This document shows, piece by piece, positions 22,107 through 35,889 of a DNA stretch of 64,000 bases (position 1 is the stretch's first letter; every line of letters starts with the position of its first letter). Made by a program: the position numbers and the translations under genes. The stretch covers positions 620,001 through 684,000 of the forward strand of contig VJWM01000025.1 of assembly GCA_010909165.1 (NCBI GenBank), in the 5' to 3' direction. The notes beneath the pieces were generated by a model, which was given only the letters and a program-made list of their open reading frames with translations, was not told where the DNA came from and did no database searches. This stretch comes from Anthoceros angustus. Its lineage: Eukaryota; Plantae; Anthocerotophyta.

Positions 22107-25100
22107 TCAGACTCTTGACAATTTTTTGCAAGATCCTCGAGGATGGAGTTGGTTTGGAAGTTTGCGGAAACCTCCATGGAACCTGCTGCTACTGCCAGAG
22201 CTTGGGCGCTCCATGGAACCTGCTGCTACTGCCTTGGGCGGGTGGGGCGTTTCTGCTGAATGCGTGACACCCTTATCTCGCCCTGATGCAGCTGAAGTCA
22301 TCCTAGCTGTAGTTAGCTTTGCGCCGACATCTTCCAATATCTCATACAAAATGGCTGTTTGTTGGTGTTTGCAGTCATCCGCCAAAATACGTGCACCTGC
22401 TTGTCATGCTCGATCCAGCTCTGGCCAGGCTTCTTCCAGGAAACTGCCCTTTGCCTCAACTCATCCACCTTTCTCGCACAATCCAACATGCCAGCATCTA
22501 GATAAATGTTTGACATGAGGACATAGGCTGCTGCGTGTTCTGGATCTTCACCTACTGCTTCAGCGAAGGCCCGCTCTCCCAGTGAAACATTACCATGTTT
22601 TCGGCAGGCGCTCAGCAGGCACAACCAGACTGGCAAACCAGGCTGAATTGGCATCTGGGAGAGCAGCATTTCAGCTTTACTGAAGAGACCTGCTCGACCG
22701 ACGAGGTCCATTACACAAGCGTAATGTTCCGTGTCTGCAGAGATGCTGTATTCCCTGGTCATGGCTCCGAAGTACTCCAGTCCCCTATCGACTAGTCCAG
22801 CATGGCTGCAAGCAGACAGGAGGCCCAGGAAGGTGACTCTATCTGGTTTCAAGCCAGATTGTAACATGTGGCCATAGCACTGGATGCTCGTGTTGCAATC
22901 GCCCAGCCGGGCATAGCCTGCGAGAAGGGCATTCCATGAGATGACGTCAGGGCGAGATAGGAGTCGAAGACACGTTGGGCATCCACCATGCTCCCACACT
23001 TGCTGTACGCATGAATGAGGCTGGTGGCAACAGGAAGACGGTACTCCAATCCATTGTCGAGAATGGCCTGGTGGGTCTGGACGCACATGTCTAATGCCCC
23101 TGTGCTGCTGCACGCTTGGAGGACTGACACAAAAGTAGCTTCCTGTGGCTTCATTCCTCTGCTTGCATCTGGGCATACAGTTGCAAAGCCTTTCCTCCTT
23201 GCTCCTGGGCATACGCTGCAATCATGACAGTCCACGACACAAGATCACGCTGAGACATCCTGTCAAACACCTGCTCTGCGTCTGTGATGCTCCCACACTT
23301 GGCATACATGTACACCAGAGTGCTGGCGACAAACATGTCTAAATCCAAATCCAGTCTTGCAGCTTCAGCGTGTATGTCTCTTCCCAGTTCAAGGTAATCC
23401 AGCTTCACACTCTGCCCATCCTCAGATGACACCTTCTCCTTTTCTGCAGCGACTCCACAAGCATGGAGAGCACTGGCCAAGGTTCGCGCATCCGGCTTCA
23501 CGCCCTCCTTCTGCATCTGTTTAAACACCTGGAAGGCCTTTCCTCCTGCGCCCTGCACAGCATACGCTGCGATCATGGCAGTCCATGACACCACACCTCG
23601 CCTGGGCAATCGGTTGAAGACAAGTTCTGTGTCCTGAATGCTCCCACACTTTGCATACATACTAAGCAAAGTGTTGCAAACATAGATGTCAGAATCAAGC
23701 CCCATTCTGTAGCTCCTGCATGCAATTCCCTTCCTCTCGCAGGGATGCCACTTTGACATCTTGCCCATGCACCAAGGTGCTTTTCTCTTTGCTGCAAGGC
23801 AGCCGCATGCATGAAGCGCACTTACAAATGTCTGCGCATCGGGCCTGCAGCCCTCCCTTTGCATCTGTCTGTAGACCTGCAAAGCTTTGTCTCCTTGGTC
23901 CTCCTCGGCATATCCTCCTATCATGGCATTCCATGCCACCACATCACGCTTGTGCAAACTTTTAAACACCTCCTCAGCATCGTTGATGCTCCCGCACTTT
24001 GCATACATACTAACCAGAATGCTACCAACAAACATGTTGGATTCAAAACCCCTTCCCGAACTCCAGCATGGATTTCCTTCCCCTTCTGCAAGGACTGTAC
24101 TTTTACATTGCGGCTGTTCAGAGCTGCACTCTCCTCCTTTTCTGCAATGCTGCCACACGCTCGGAGGGCACTTACAAATGTTCGAGCATTTGGACTTATC
24201 CCCGTCTCTCGCATCTGCCGAAAGATCTGCAAAGCTCTTTCCCTCTGCTCTGTCGAGCATATGAAGACAGCATTGCATTCCATGAAACTACATTGCACTG
24301 AGCAAGTCCATCAAATGCTTCCTCCGCATCAGCAAAGCTCCCACACTTTGCATACATACTCACCAGTGTGTTGCCAAGAAACTTGTCGGACACAAACCCT
24401 CTTCTGACAGCTTCAGCATGTAACTTTCTTCCCACTTTCAAGGCTTCCAGCTTCACTTTCTCCCCATCCACAAACGTGATTTCCTCCTTTTCTGCCATGC
24501 TGCCACATGCTTGAAGGGCACTGACAAACGTCCGTGCATCCGGCTTCACTCCAGCCTGATGCATCTCACGAAATGCCCTCATTGCCATTTCCCCATGTCC
24601 CTGCTGTGAGTATCCGGCAAGCATCACATTCCATGCCACCACGTCTCGCTGGGACAAGCCATCAAACACCTGCCGGGCATCCACTATGCTCCCACACTTG
24701 GCGTACATGTCAACCAAACTAATCCCAACAATCCCATCCGAGTCCAGCCCACATGCCACAACTTGAGCATGAATCCGCCTACCCTCCTCCAGGTCTTCCA
24801 ATCTGCTGCATGCCTTGAGTAAGCTGACAGCCCTGCCGTCTTCTTGCATACCCCTGTAGGGTTGAAGAGCCTCCTGGCCCATGCCCTGCTGGGAATACCC
24901 TGCTATCATGGCATTCCATGTCACCACAACCTTCCGACCAAACCCATTGAACACTCTCTGGGCATCCTCTAAGCTGCCACACTTCGTATACTGACCAAAC
25001 TGTTGGCTACGAATGACAGCAGATTCATATCCTCGTTCCCTAAGTTGTGCATGAAGATGCTTCCCTACTCCAACGCCAGGGTGCTTACACTTGCACACGC

Positions 25101-25684
25101 CTGCAGGAGACACAAAAAGTCACAGAACCAGGTGCTACGATGCCTTCATACTGCATAGCACTGTGGAGACGAAGGGCCTCATCCCCATGCCCCGTTGGGA
25201 ATACCCTCCTATCATGGCATTCCAGGTTACTATATCTTTGTGACCAATTCCTTCAAAAACTCTCTGCGCATTCTCCAGCTGCCACATGTCCACCAAGCCT
25301 GCTTGTCTTCTCCATGTTTTAACATGCGCAGAGATGATGGCAGCCCACGTGAAGGCATCTGGATTGGACACCAGCTCAAACCCATCCTCGCGTCTTGCAA
25401 CCTGCCATGAGAAGCATACATCGCAGGATGTGGAAGCCCAGGAACGTGTTTGACTGGTACCCGTTTCTCACAGCGAAAGCATGGACCCGGCTACCCAGAA
25501 CAAGATCCCTGTTTACCACACATTTCTTCAGCACAGTATAAAGGAGAGATTTTGGAATACGACGGTCTGTCTGCACCATAGGTTCCAGAGACTCGACGGC
25601 CTGACTGAGATCAACATTATGACATAGTTTGCTCACGGATTCAGCAGAAATGCCCCCATCGTCACGTGCAGGGCAACGACCCAT
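22107..25684 (-). CDS. Chimeric PLS-E+ PPR protein, second complete copy
   Basis: ORFs 25376-25684, 24196-25113, 23151-24278, 22313-23221 and 22107-22385. Confidence 0.85.
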
Positions 25685-26558
25685 TCCTGCTTGCGCGCAT
25701 CAGCCCAAGCTGGCTGGTGCAAACTGCTTAACCAGAGGACATCTTGTCACTGCCTATTCCAGCCGGAACATCCACCTGGACGGGCTGGCTCCCTTACAGA
25801 GGTGCTGCAACCACCGAGTCCCACTGCCAGCACTTGTCTCCTTGAAGTCAGGCCAGCAGCAGATCTTCCTACAGCCCCTCAACCCACAACTTCGTTGGGT
25901 GCACATAAGCTGTGGCAACAACGGGTCCCCTTGCCCTCTGCGTGACTCCAACGCCACGCTCCGGACAACCATGGTTCACAGGAGCACAGGGTGCGCCTGT
26001 GGAAGCAGCAGGAGGCTGCCAGGAGTTGTGCATCCTTGCTTGCTTCACAGGATTTCGGTTGCTGGCAATATTTCAGAATCCGGGAGTTTTCCTCGTTTCT
26101 CACCTACAAGATGGCCTATACCAGACAGGCCCCATTACGGAGAAGGCACATCAGACATGATCTCTTGCCATGCTCCATTCGCATTGGCAGTGCACTGGAA
26201 ACACAAGTTCCTCCATAACACTCCCTGTCCGAGCATCTTCTGCAAACTTGGCAGAGAATGATGGTGAAAAAGAATCACATTATGGGTAATGGAAGGCTAT
26301 TTTTCTACCGGAGTTCAGAGTCCTCGAAGGGCAAGCCCCAAAGGCATGGTGCTTCAATACACACCTAACGTGGTCAGAGATGGTGTGAAGCTGCACCGTT
26401 GTTACCGTGGAATCCATGACAATGAAACTACATGTCCAAGCTACAGCAACAGTGTCCCGATGCTAAAGCACAAGCCAAACATGTAGAATATTCGCTAGTG
26501 CAATCCCTCCAGGGATAATCTCTGAGAACAAAGGGAAGAACAGAAGGGGTTCATCTCA

Positions 26559-27525
26559 TCAGTACATGGGCTCCTCAGGATCCATCACACACCCAGGGTC
26601 AGGGTCCACCACACATCCAGGGTTAGCCTCCGAGTTCTTAAGAGTTTCATCCACCTTGCTTTCTTCTTCTGGAAAAGCAACGCTAGCTCGAAGACCTTTT
26701 GTTCGTGATACGCCCTCTTCCAGATCTCTGCCAGTCCAGTACTTGTGGCGAGCCTTGGCGCGATGCATCCGAGCTAGATATTTGGCCGTCAAACCCGCAG
26801 TGGGAAACTCTGCCTCCAAGTCCGCCAAGATTTGCTCCGCAAGCACTCAAGATTGAACCTGGCGTGCGCATGCACGACTGCAGATGCTACCAGAGGACTA
26901 GTCCACCATATAAAGGGGTCTCTGTGGATGAATTGAAGATGACCAAATGGTCACCTCCAACACAAAGGGTCACTGAGTCACGTTCAGTAGGTGGAAGGGC
27001 CCTGCCGTCAATGATCATCCACTGGTCGATCAACCTTAACGCTGAGCACTGTGAGATATTGTGCAGTGTAGTTTGTGCAGGAGCACCCGGTGTACGTGCA
27101 AGCAAGCTTAGCGTCTCCTTCCGCACAAAGTCGCGACCCGAATGAGCCCCTGGGCTGGGGCCTTGCACCTCACAATTACGCAGAACACACGCATGAGGCC
27201 GATCGAGGCCACTATATCCTCAACATGGCCATGATTTTCTCCATACGTTTCTGCCGCCCACCTCACTTCTGAGCAGGAGGGAAAAGAAGATTTTGAACCT
27301 CTAACACGACCTCGAATAGATGTACATAGGTGCAGAGCACAAGCTTGCGCACAGGCTAATTCCCGCCGTTGTGATCCGGAAGGAAAGGGTCATACATCTG
27401 ATGCCAAAGATCAATAAAAGTCTGCAAGCTTCCGTCCAAAATTTATGGCCAGCCTAGCGCTCACTATGCATGTGGTCTACGGAAGAAAGCTCGCGAACTG
27501 TACTGATACGTGACTTCCTAAACTA
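26559..27525 (-). pseudogene. Unidentified decayed ORF, copy 3
   Basis: ORFs 26887-27168 and 26559-26846. Copy of 5502-6470. Confidence 0.4.
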
Positions 27526-27528
27526 GCC

Positions 27529-28813
27529 TTAATTCCAGCTGCCGAACTCCAGCCACGGATTCAGGCAGTGAAGGCTCTGCGTCACAAAACGCTTGTAGGG
27601 CCAGGAGGAAGCCACCTCCAAGCCCCGGGTGTTCGTCGCAAATCGACAGCCATTATCTTATCGAGCCCCTCTCGCTTGATGTATACTTGCGAATCCTGCC
27701 CCCACGACCTTGATATCGATGTCCAGGTGGCTCGGGAAACGTCTGCCATGGAAACGAGGAAGCATGGAAGCGGGCATGGTGTCCAGCACCGTCCAGGCCA
27801 TGCTCGCGAAATCCATCTCCCAGATCTGCACAACAACTCCTTCCCCAGGACTACGCATAAGAACCGGGCCGTGGAAGATGTCCTCACCTAGGACCACGCA
27901 TAGCAGCCGGTCGCGCACGTTGATGAGGTTGCACTGCGCGATGTGGAAACGGAGAGGCGTGGACACGGCCATCCATTTCCAGCTGGCCCGCTCCAGGTCG
28001 TACGCCAGCAAATTGTAGTTCTCGGTGATGCAGTACAGCACGGACCTCACAACACCGTCTGCGCCTGCGATCCCTCACCACGCAGGCTTCTGTCAAACAC
28101 CTCGTTCAGGGGCAAGGCGGTGGTAGTCACACTCCAGCTGCCCACCGCGGAATCGAACACGAAGGTGGGCACGGGTCTGCGCATGTCCATGTTATCCATC
28201 TTGTTGCGTGTATCTTTGATGGCCACCAGCTTGAAGCAACGCGCCTTCACGTCAACGAACACGCCCAACACATCCTGGATCCACAGACCACCCGGGAGAG
28301 CCGGCAGCGAGGCCCAAGAGCGCGCCAACGGGTTGCCCAAGTGCGGGATGGTGACCACGTCCCGCGCCCCTGCGTACGCGCGCACCTTATTGTGGACAGC
28401 AGCAGGCCGCCGCCGCCCTTCCCGACCCGCAGCGCCCTCCATCATTTCCGGAACAGGCTGTGAAGCGTGGTGTTGCACCCGTAGCGGGAGTGGGAGTTGG
28501 TACCAACGGTTTGATCCAGGGTCGTAGACGCCGGAGGGGAAGCAGGAGGAGGTGCTGAAGCCTACTACCAAGAGCAGACAGTCCAGCGCTCCCGCTCGCA
28601 ATTCCAAGCGCTCCCGCAACAAGGAGGGCGACACGGCGGCCGCATTCCAGGCTCTGCACACCGCGCGCGTCCGCAACAAGCTCACCAGTGGCAGCCGAGC
28701 CTGAATCATGGTCTCAACGTCTCTAGGCAGCTCCAAGTCGCTGGATACAACGAATTCGTCATCTGCATCTGCATCCATCTCGGCCCTCGCACTCCGCCGT
28801 CTGCAATCACCAT
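27529..28813 (-). CDS. F-box/kelch-like protein, copy 3
   Basis: ORFs 28047-28778 (243 aa open from the F-box onward), 27658-28050 and 27582-27887. Confidence 0.85.
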
Positions 28814-29169
28814 CACCAGGGACCCTCGCTCAGCCTCCGGATCCGCCTGAGGACAACACACATACGCAGACCAACCTCTTAGACACTACCTATTGTGACA
28901 GGGTTCTAGGAGATAATACCCACATCACACGACAGTAATTCGATCACGGAATTGATATATTGAATCACTATATATAGGCTCTGAATTTGCTATCATCTCG
29001 AGGACTATGCATTTAATCTCGATACATAGATCGATGGGCCGATCTATCCCTGCTTACAAAATTCACTCTCTTATCAATCCCATCCCTTGAGATGATTGAA
29101 TACATGAGCTGATCATGCTTGTCACGGCGTGTGGTTGGGCTGATAATGTAGTCCATTTGATGGGTGCAC

Positions 29170-30950
29170 CAGACTTCATGTGCAAATTAGATCAGAACGA
29201 CATGAGATGCAGATAGAGAAGGGTAACCTCGCGCAGAGACCACACACGAGGGAGGCCAGCACGCCCAGGTGCCCTCCTCGCAGATGGAACGATTCCAAAA
29301 GTTGTCGAAAGGTCATCTTCACGGGTCTGTCTGCGATATCTTCAACCAGGAGTACTTCGGTGTGTCCTTGGCTATGGGCGACAGCACTGATCCCTTCTTC
29401 CTCCGGCACTTGGGCTTGCCTGCAGCAGTTGCTGGGTTTTCAGCCTCCTTCATGATGACCTCTGGTCCAATCACATCAACCTCGCGTCGTTGTACTTTTG
29501 TCTTTCTCCGAGTTTCTCCCCTTCATCGATGGGCTCTTCATCTCGAGCTTCTTGTCTTCGTCCACCAGTTAGAATCCGTGTCCCTGGCATGCAGTCAGAG
29601 AACACTCCCTTACCGTTTCATCCCCAGATGATTTCTGTGCCATCGTAACAAGCTGTTGGTTGTTCTTGGCAGGTCCTGCATTGGGCTTCTTAGTGTTTTT
29701 ATTTCCGGTGCCTGGAAACTTTGGGCTTGATCAGTGCGTGTGTCCGGTTTCCTTGCACTTGGTGCAGGCGCCTTCACGCAATAGCCTGAAGGAGTGGATG
29801 CCCTTGGTGCAAGTAGCTTAAAACATCATGGTACAAGTTGTTAAGTACCAAGTCCCATGACGGAAATCCGTCCTTAGTCGACTTAAATAAAATTCTTCTT
29901 CTTCTTCTTCTTAGCCCTTGGATAAAATGCAAGACTACTTTCTTTTGTTTCTCCCCTCATACCCCAACTTCTCATTTAGGACGCTCGTGCGGTCGATGTA
30001 GCTGACTAGAGTCTCATGGTCATCTTAATACAGGTCCAGGAGTTGGTTGTGACAGTAGAAAAGGTTGGACTCAGAACTTCACCACAAATGCACAACATAT
30101 TCTGACCAGTCAACCTGGTTAGAACCCTTCAACTTCTGCACCATGCCTCAGCCCTTTCCTCTCAAGGAAGTGGGAAAGTACTTGAGGTACGTCAGAGCTA
30201 CCATGATCCTGACCTTCATAGCATTTTTGAAGCTCAACAGATGTTCATCAGGATCATCAGCAGGAGTTCCAAAAGCAGGAAAAGCAAGGAGCTCAAAGCA
30301 CTTTTGTCCGATGACCTCGACATCCTATCTTTTCTAAGACTTGTCTAACTATACTCTCTATCTATTGGTGAGACTGCCGTCTACCTTTGCCCACGAGCTC
30401 TGCGTACATTAGCCTGGTGGAGAGTCAACCACAGCGCTTGGTAAGCCAGGGCATATGCTCAAAGCCAAGGGCATATGCTCAAAGCCTCGATGACCTCGAC
30501 ATCCTATCTTTTCTAAGACTTGTCTAACTATACTCTCTATCTATTGGTGAGACCGTCTACCTTTGCCCACGAGCTCTGCGTACATTAGCACAGTGGAGAG
30601 TCAACCACGGTAGCTTGTAGCCAGGGCATATGCTCAAAGCCAAGGGCATATGCTCAAAGCCAACGTACATTAGCACGGTGGAGAGTCAACCACGGTAGCT
30701 TGGTAAGCCAGGGCATATGCTCAAAGCCAAGGGCATATGCTCAAAGCCAGCGTACATTAGCCTGGTGGAGAGTCAACCACGGTGGTAAGCCAGGGCATAT
30801 GCTCAAAGCCAAGGGGCATATGCTCTCAAAGCCAAGGGGCATATGCTCAAAGCCAAAAGGTGCGAGAAGCACTTGTTATGGTTGGTTTACGCATAGGCAC
30901 GTCTGGATTGGTGATGTTTCCTAGCTCATCGGACCGCTTTGACTCGTGTC
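29170..30950 (-). mobile_element. Degenerate gypsy gag remnant, copy 3, with expanded repeats
   Basis: Copy of 8110-9550 with an expansion at 30400-30860. Confidence 0.65.
30403..30860. repeat. Nested minisatellite: ~85-bp unit containing 20-bp GCATATGCTCAAAGCCAAGG repeats
   Basis: CGTACATTAGC at 30403, 30579, 30664 and 30751. Nine GCATATGCTC copies versus two in units 1 and 2. Confidence 0.9.
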
Positions 30951-30953
30951 TCA

Positions 30954-33900
30954 TGTTGGGAAAAGAGCTGAGCCTTTATAGAGAGGAACACAACACTCCC
31001 ATACAATATGGGTTATATGCACTAGGCACACTAGATACTAGCACACAAGCACACAAGAACTCTTGCACACCTTACAAGTAGGTGGGCTTGGCCTTATATA
31101 GTCCTAGCCTTGAATCCTACTGGTCACTTGACCTTGAATCCTATTGGTTACTTGACCTTGCCCTTTACTTTTGGACTTTCTTTAGGACTTTCTAGAAGAT
31201 ACTTTCTAGAAGATGCATGACTTTCAAGTATGTTATTTTAGGGCACTCTTCATAACCTGCTTTTAGGGCACTCTTCATAACATATTTTGATATGTTGTAA
31301 TAAATTACTTCTAACACTCCCACTCAACATATCAAAATTATTCCCTTAGGCCTAGCATCTTGCTAAACCTAGCATGTTTTTCTAAAGTCAAGGCTTTGGT
31401 CAAAATATCTGCCGGCATGTCTCTGTTGGACAATACTCTAGCTTTACCTCTTTTGACTTTACCTTCTCTCTTATAAAGTGATGTTTCACTTGATGTGCTT
31501 GGTTCTAGCATGAAAAGTTGCATTCTTGGCTAAGAAGATGCAACCTTGATTGTCGTTGAAGATTGTTGTTGCTTCCTTGCTTGAATCCCATCTCCTCTAG
31601 CAAGTTCAACCATATCGCCTCCATGACCGCAGAGCATGTTGCCATATATTACCGGAGGATAGAGCCACGATGGGTTGTCTCCTACTATTCCATGAAATGG
31701 CTCCCCATTCGGCATAAGCATATCCGTAGACTTGCGACTATCAACATCTCCGCCCGAATCACAATATCCTACCACTCGGACTTCCTGATGCTGTTGATAC
31801 ACCAAATTCCAATGCTTTGTACCACTCAAGTACCTCATTATCCTCTTCACGGCTTGAAAGCTGTTGTGGTTAGCCATAAATTGACTTGCAACTCCAATTG
31901 CCTCTGCAATGTCAGGCCTTGTCCCTGTAGATAAATAGGTGAGGCATCCAACAGCACACTGATAGAGAGTTTTATCTACCTTCTCCTTCTCTTCTTGATT
32001 GTAGGACTCATCTCCTTTGAGAGCTTCTCATTAAGCACCATTGGTGTCTTCAGCTTGCACTCTTGCATTCCAAAGCGCTTGAGGACATTCTCAACATATG
32101 TCCTTTGGCTCAAAGAGATCTTCTTGTTAGCCCTGTCTCTCATTACTTCTATCCCTAGAAAGTAATGAAGTTCACCTAGATCCCTCATATCAAAACTATC
32201 ATTAAGACTCTTCTTCGTACTCTCTAAGAGCTCCAAATCATTGCAAACAAGGATTAGATCATCCACATAGACAGCAATGATCATCATGGACTCTCCCACT
32301 CTCTTCACATAGATGTTCCAATCTCCATTGGTTTTCTTGAAACCTCTAGCTTGGAAGAACTTGTCAATCTTAACATACCAGGTAAGTGCAGTTGCTTAAG
32401 ACCATAGTGCCTTTAGCAATTTACATACCTCACTTTCTACAGCACTTCATACCCTTGGTTGGTTCATGTAGATCTCTTCTTCCAAATCTCCATTGAGAAG
32501 CAGTTTGGACATCCATGTGATGTATCTCCGGATCCATGGTAGTGCTATTGCTAAGAGTATACGAATGGATGTTATCTTAGCAGGGAGAAAGTGTCGGTGT
32601 AGTCAATACCGCACTTGTGTATATCCCTTCCCCACCAGCCTTGCTTTGTATCGCTCTATGCTCCCATCGTTGTGTGATCTTGAACACCCATTTGGATCCT
32701 ATGCACTTCCTTCCTTGGGGTAGAGGAGTGATTTCCCAAGTCTTGTTCTTGATAAGTGAGTTATACTCACTATCAGGCTTCTTTCCACTCCTTCGCCTTT
32801 GGCCCTTCCAAGGCTTCCTTCAAGCTTTGCGGCTCATCAACATCGCCAACATAGCCTCTTCGTGCCATGCATTCATGGACTCCAAAATTTTCTCGAAGGT
32901 TTCCATCGCCTTGATGATCTCACGATGGGTCGGCGCTCCTCTTGGATTCTTGATCTCGCTCCTCTTCATCATCCTCGATATCCGGGGCTTCTCCACCTTC
33001 TATATCACCTTGTGGTAGAGGTTGCTCATGCTCAGGAACAGGTTGAGCATGCTCAAGAGTAGGTTGCTCAAGAACCAAGTCTTGTGCTTCTTCACGCTCC
33101 TTCAACTCCTTGATGACAACTTGCGTTGCTCCCACTCCTTTGTTAGGTTCCACAACCTCATGAAAAACAACATCCTCGAAAATGATTTTCTTGGTTGTAG
33201 GGTTGTATAATCTATACCCCTTTACCTCATTGAATACCCAAGCATGATGCCTTTGGATGCCTTTAGGATCCCACTTGGTTCGGTTTTGCTTTGGAACATG
33301 AGCATAAACCTCGAACCAAAGATCCTAAAATGACTCACGTTAGGTTTGACACGGACCATGCCTCCTCGGTCATTCCAGTCTGACCTTGGTTGGAACTCTA
33401 TTCAAAACATGAGTTCTTGTAGCAGCCTCTCCCAAAACGTACCTCCAACCCACTTTGATGGAGCATGCGCAGCCGCCTCCACTAGGCTCCTTAGCTTGCG
33501 CTCCGCCACTCCATTTTGCTCCGGTGTGTGAGGAATTGTTAGTTGCCTCCGAATGCCATGCTCCTTGCAAAAGCTTTTGAATTGAGAAGAGATGTATTCT
33601 CCTCCATTGTCACTCCTAGTCTTGAGGCATTCTCCACTTTCGTTCTCCACCAAGGCTTTCCACTCCTTGAATGTCTTGAACACTTGGACTTCTCCTTCAA
33701 AAGGTATGTCCAACTCCTCCTTGTGAAGTCATCCACAAACACTAGAATGTAGCGGGCTCCTCCATGGGTAGGGTTCTTCATTGGTCCACACATCGGTGTG
33801 TACAAGTTCAACGCCTTTGCTCACGCGCCCAATCCTTGGGAACTTGGTTGGTGAAGCTTTCCCATCATGCACCCTTGGCACAATCGCTCACCAATCTCTT

Positions 33901-35889
33901 TCAAATCCAAGCGGTCACCATTTGTTGATTCTTCATCATCTTGATGTTGTCCACTCCAGTGTGCCCCAAGCGTTGATGCCACAAATCTATTGACCTAGTG
34001 CTCTTAGGCGAGCTTGACACAAATGTGCAAGCTTGTTGATCACCTATGGAAGCACACAACTTATAGAGATTGCCTTCCCGAACACCTCGAGCTATCACCT
34101 TGACATTAGGTGATTCTGGTTGCTCGGGTTGGATGCGACATCCTCGAGTTGAAAACAATCTCATTCCCAGGGTCAATGATTCTTGCTACTGAAAGAAGAT
34201 TCTTCGCAAGACCAGGCACATGGTGTACATCCTTGATTGTACCTTTGGATGGTCCTCCAGGGAGTTGAACTTTAATCACACCTCTTCCTTTGATCTCGTG
34301 TGACCTATTGTCTCCAAGCGCCACTTTATGCCCCGCCGGCATTTCTTCATAGCTTGAGAACCAAGGCCGATTGTAGGTGAAGTGTTGAGATGCTCAGTCG
34401 AGGTACAAACTCTCATCCTTCTTTGATGGGAGTTGTCGTACTCTTTCTACGGTTGAGGCAATGAAAGATGTTCTTCCTTCTCACTCACTTGATTGGCTTG
34501 TGACTCCTTTCCTTCTTCTTCAAGTCAACCTTGTCCTACAATCCTTGGCATAGTGATTAGGCTTTTGCAATAATGGCAAGTACCCACACCTTTTCTTCAC
34601 CTTTTCTCCTTGATCCTTCTTGAGTTGGCTTGTGAAGTCTTCCCACGTGTTGTTCCCTTCTTTGAGAAGAGCACCGAGTCTCCATTCTCTTCTTTCTTGA
34701 AGGAATTCTCTAGCTCCTCTTGTAGGAGCAACCCAACCACCTCATCCAACATTGGTGGTTTGTCGCTTGGACGCATCACTACCATAGTTCTGAAGGCCAA
34801 CACAAATTGCTTGTATGCGGATGGTAAGCTACTTAGCAACACCACGATAACCTTTCTTTCAGAAGGTTTGACGTCCGCCGCCTTCATTTGATCCACCAAG
34901 TTCTTCAACTTGTTGGCGTGTTGTTGAATGGTGTCACCCTCGACCATCTTGAAGTTGGCGAATTGTTGCTCCCACTCCTTGATCCTTCTTCTTCTCATTT
35001 GTTTCTTGCATCTCACATTGAGGATCGCCACATCTCATTCACCAAGCTCTTCTTCTACTGTTGCAGTCGTCACGCCGCTTTTGATGTTGCACACTCACTC
35101 AATTGAGAGAGTATGTCATCGGACACATTGAGGAGAATCGTTGAATTGTCCATCTTTCTCGTGTCCACTTGGTGGGTGTTTCTCGAGGCCATTGTCGACA
35201 AACTTCCATAGTCCTCGGTCGATGAGAAGCATCTTCACTTCAACTTCCACAATGTGAAGTTGTGCCTCAAACTTCTCCGCTAGACGTGTCTCCATGCTTG
35301 CTGACGCCATGCTAGTTTCCCTACAATTGATCTTGAAGACCAAAGCGCCTCACTCACATGCACTACAAGAATAGTATCAAGACCTTTCCAATTGCACACA
35401 AGTTCTCACAAGCTCTAGGCTAAGAACTATGCAATAGGACTTGACTCAAATAACAATGCAAGGGGCATTCTATAAGGCTCTTGAACATGGCTTTGATACC
35501 ATGTTAGGAAAAGAGCTGAGCCTTTATAGAGAGGGAACACAACACTCCCATACAATATGGGTTATATGCACTAGGCACACTAGAAACTAGCACACAAGCA
35601 CACAAGAACTCTTGCACACACCACGCCTGACAAGTAGGTGGGCTTGGCCTTATATAGTCCTAGCCTTGGATCCTACTGGTCACTTGACCTTGAATCCTAT
35701 TGGTTACTTGACCTTGCCCTTTACTTTTGGACTTTCTAGAAGATACTTTCTAGAAGATACTTTCTAGAAGATACTTTCTAGAAGATGCATGACTTTCAAG
35801 TATGTTATTTTTAGGGCACTCTTCATAACCTGCTTTTAGGGCACTCTTCATAACATATTTTGATATGTTGTAATAAATTACTTCTAACA
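30954..35889 (-). mobile_element. Full-length Ty1/copia retrotransposon (copia-3, 4,936 bp), frameshifted gag-pol
   Basis: LTRs 30954-31316 and 35502-35889 (TG...CA). PBS GCTTTGATACCA at 35490-35501. PPT complement CTCCCACTC at 31317. TSD TCTCA at 30949-30953 and 35890-35894. Integrase ([17 protein letters not shown]), RT (YVDDL) and RNase H (ADILTKAL) motifs. Confidence 0.95.

Larger units (their letters stand above)
14321..24829. repeat. Tandem array unit 2 (10,509 bp)
   Basis: Same gene order and ORF set as unit 1, offset ~10.5 kb. Confidence 0.95.
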
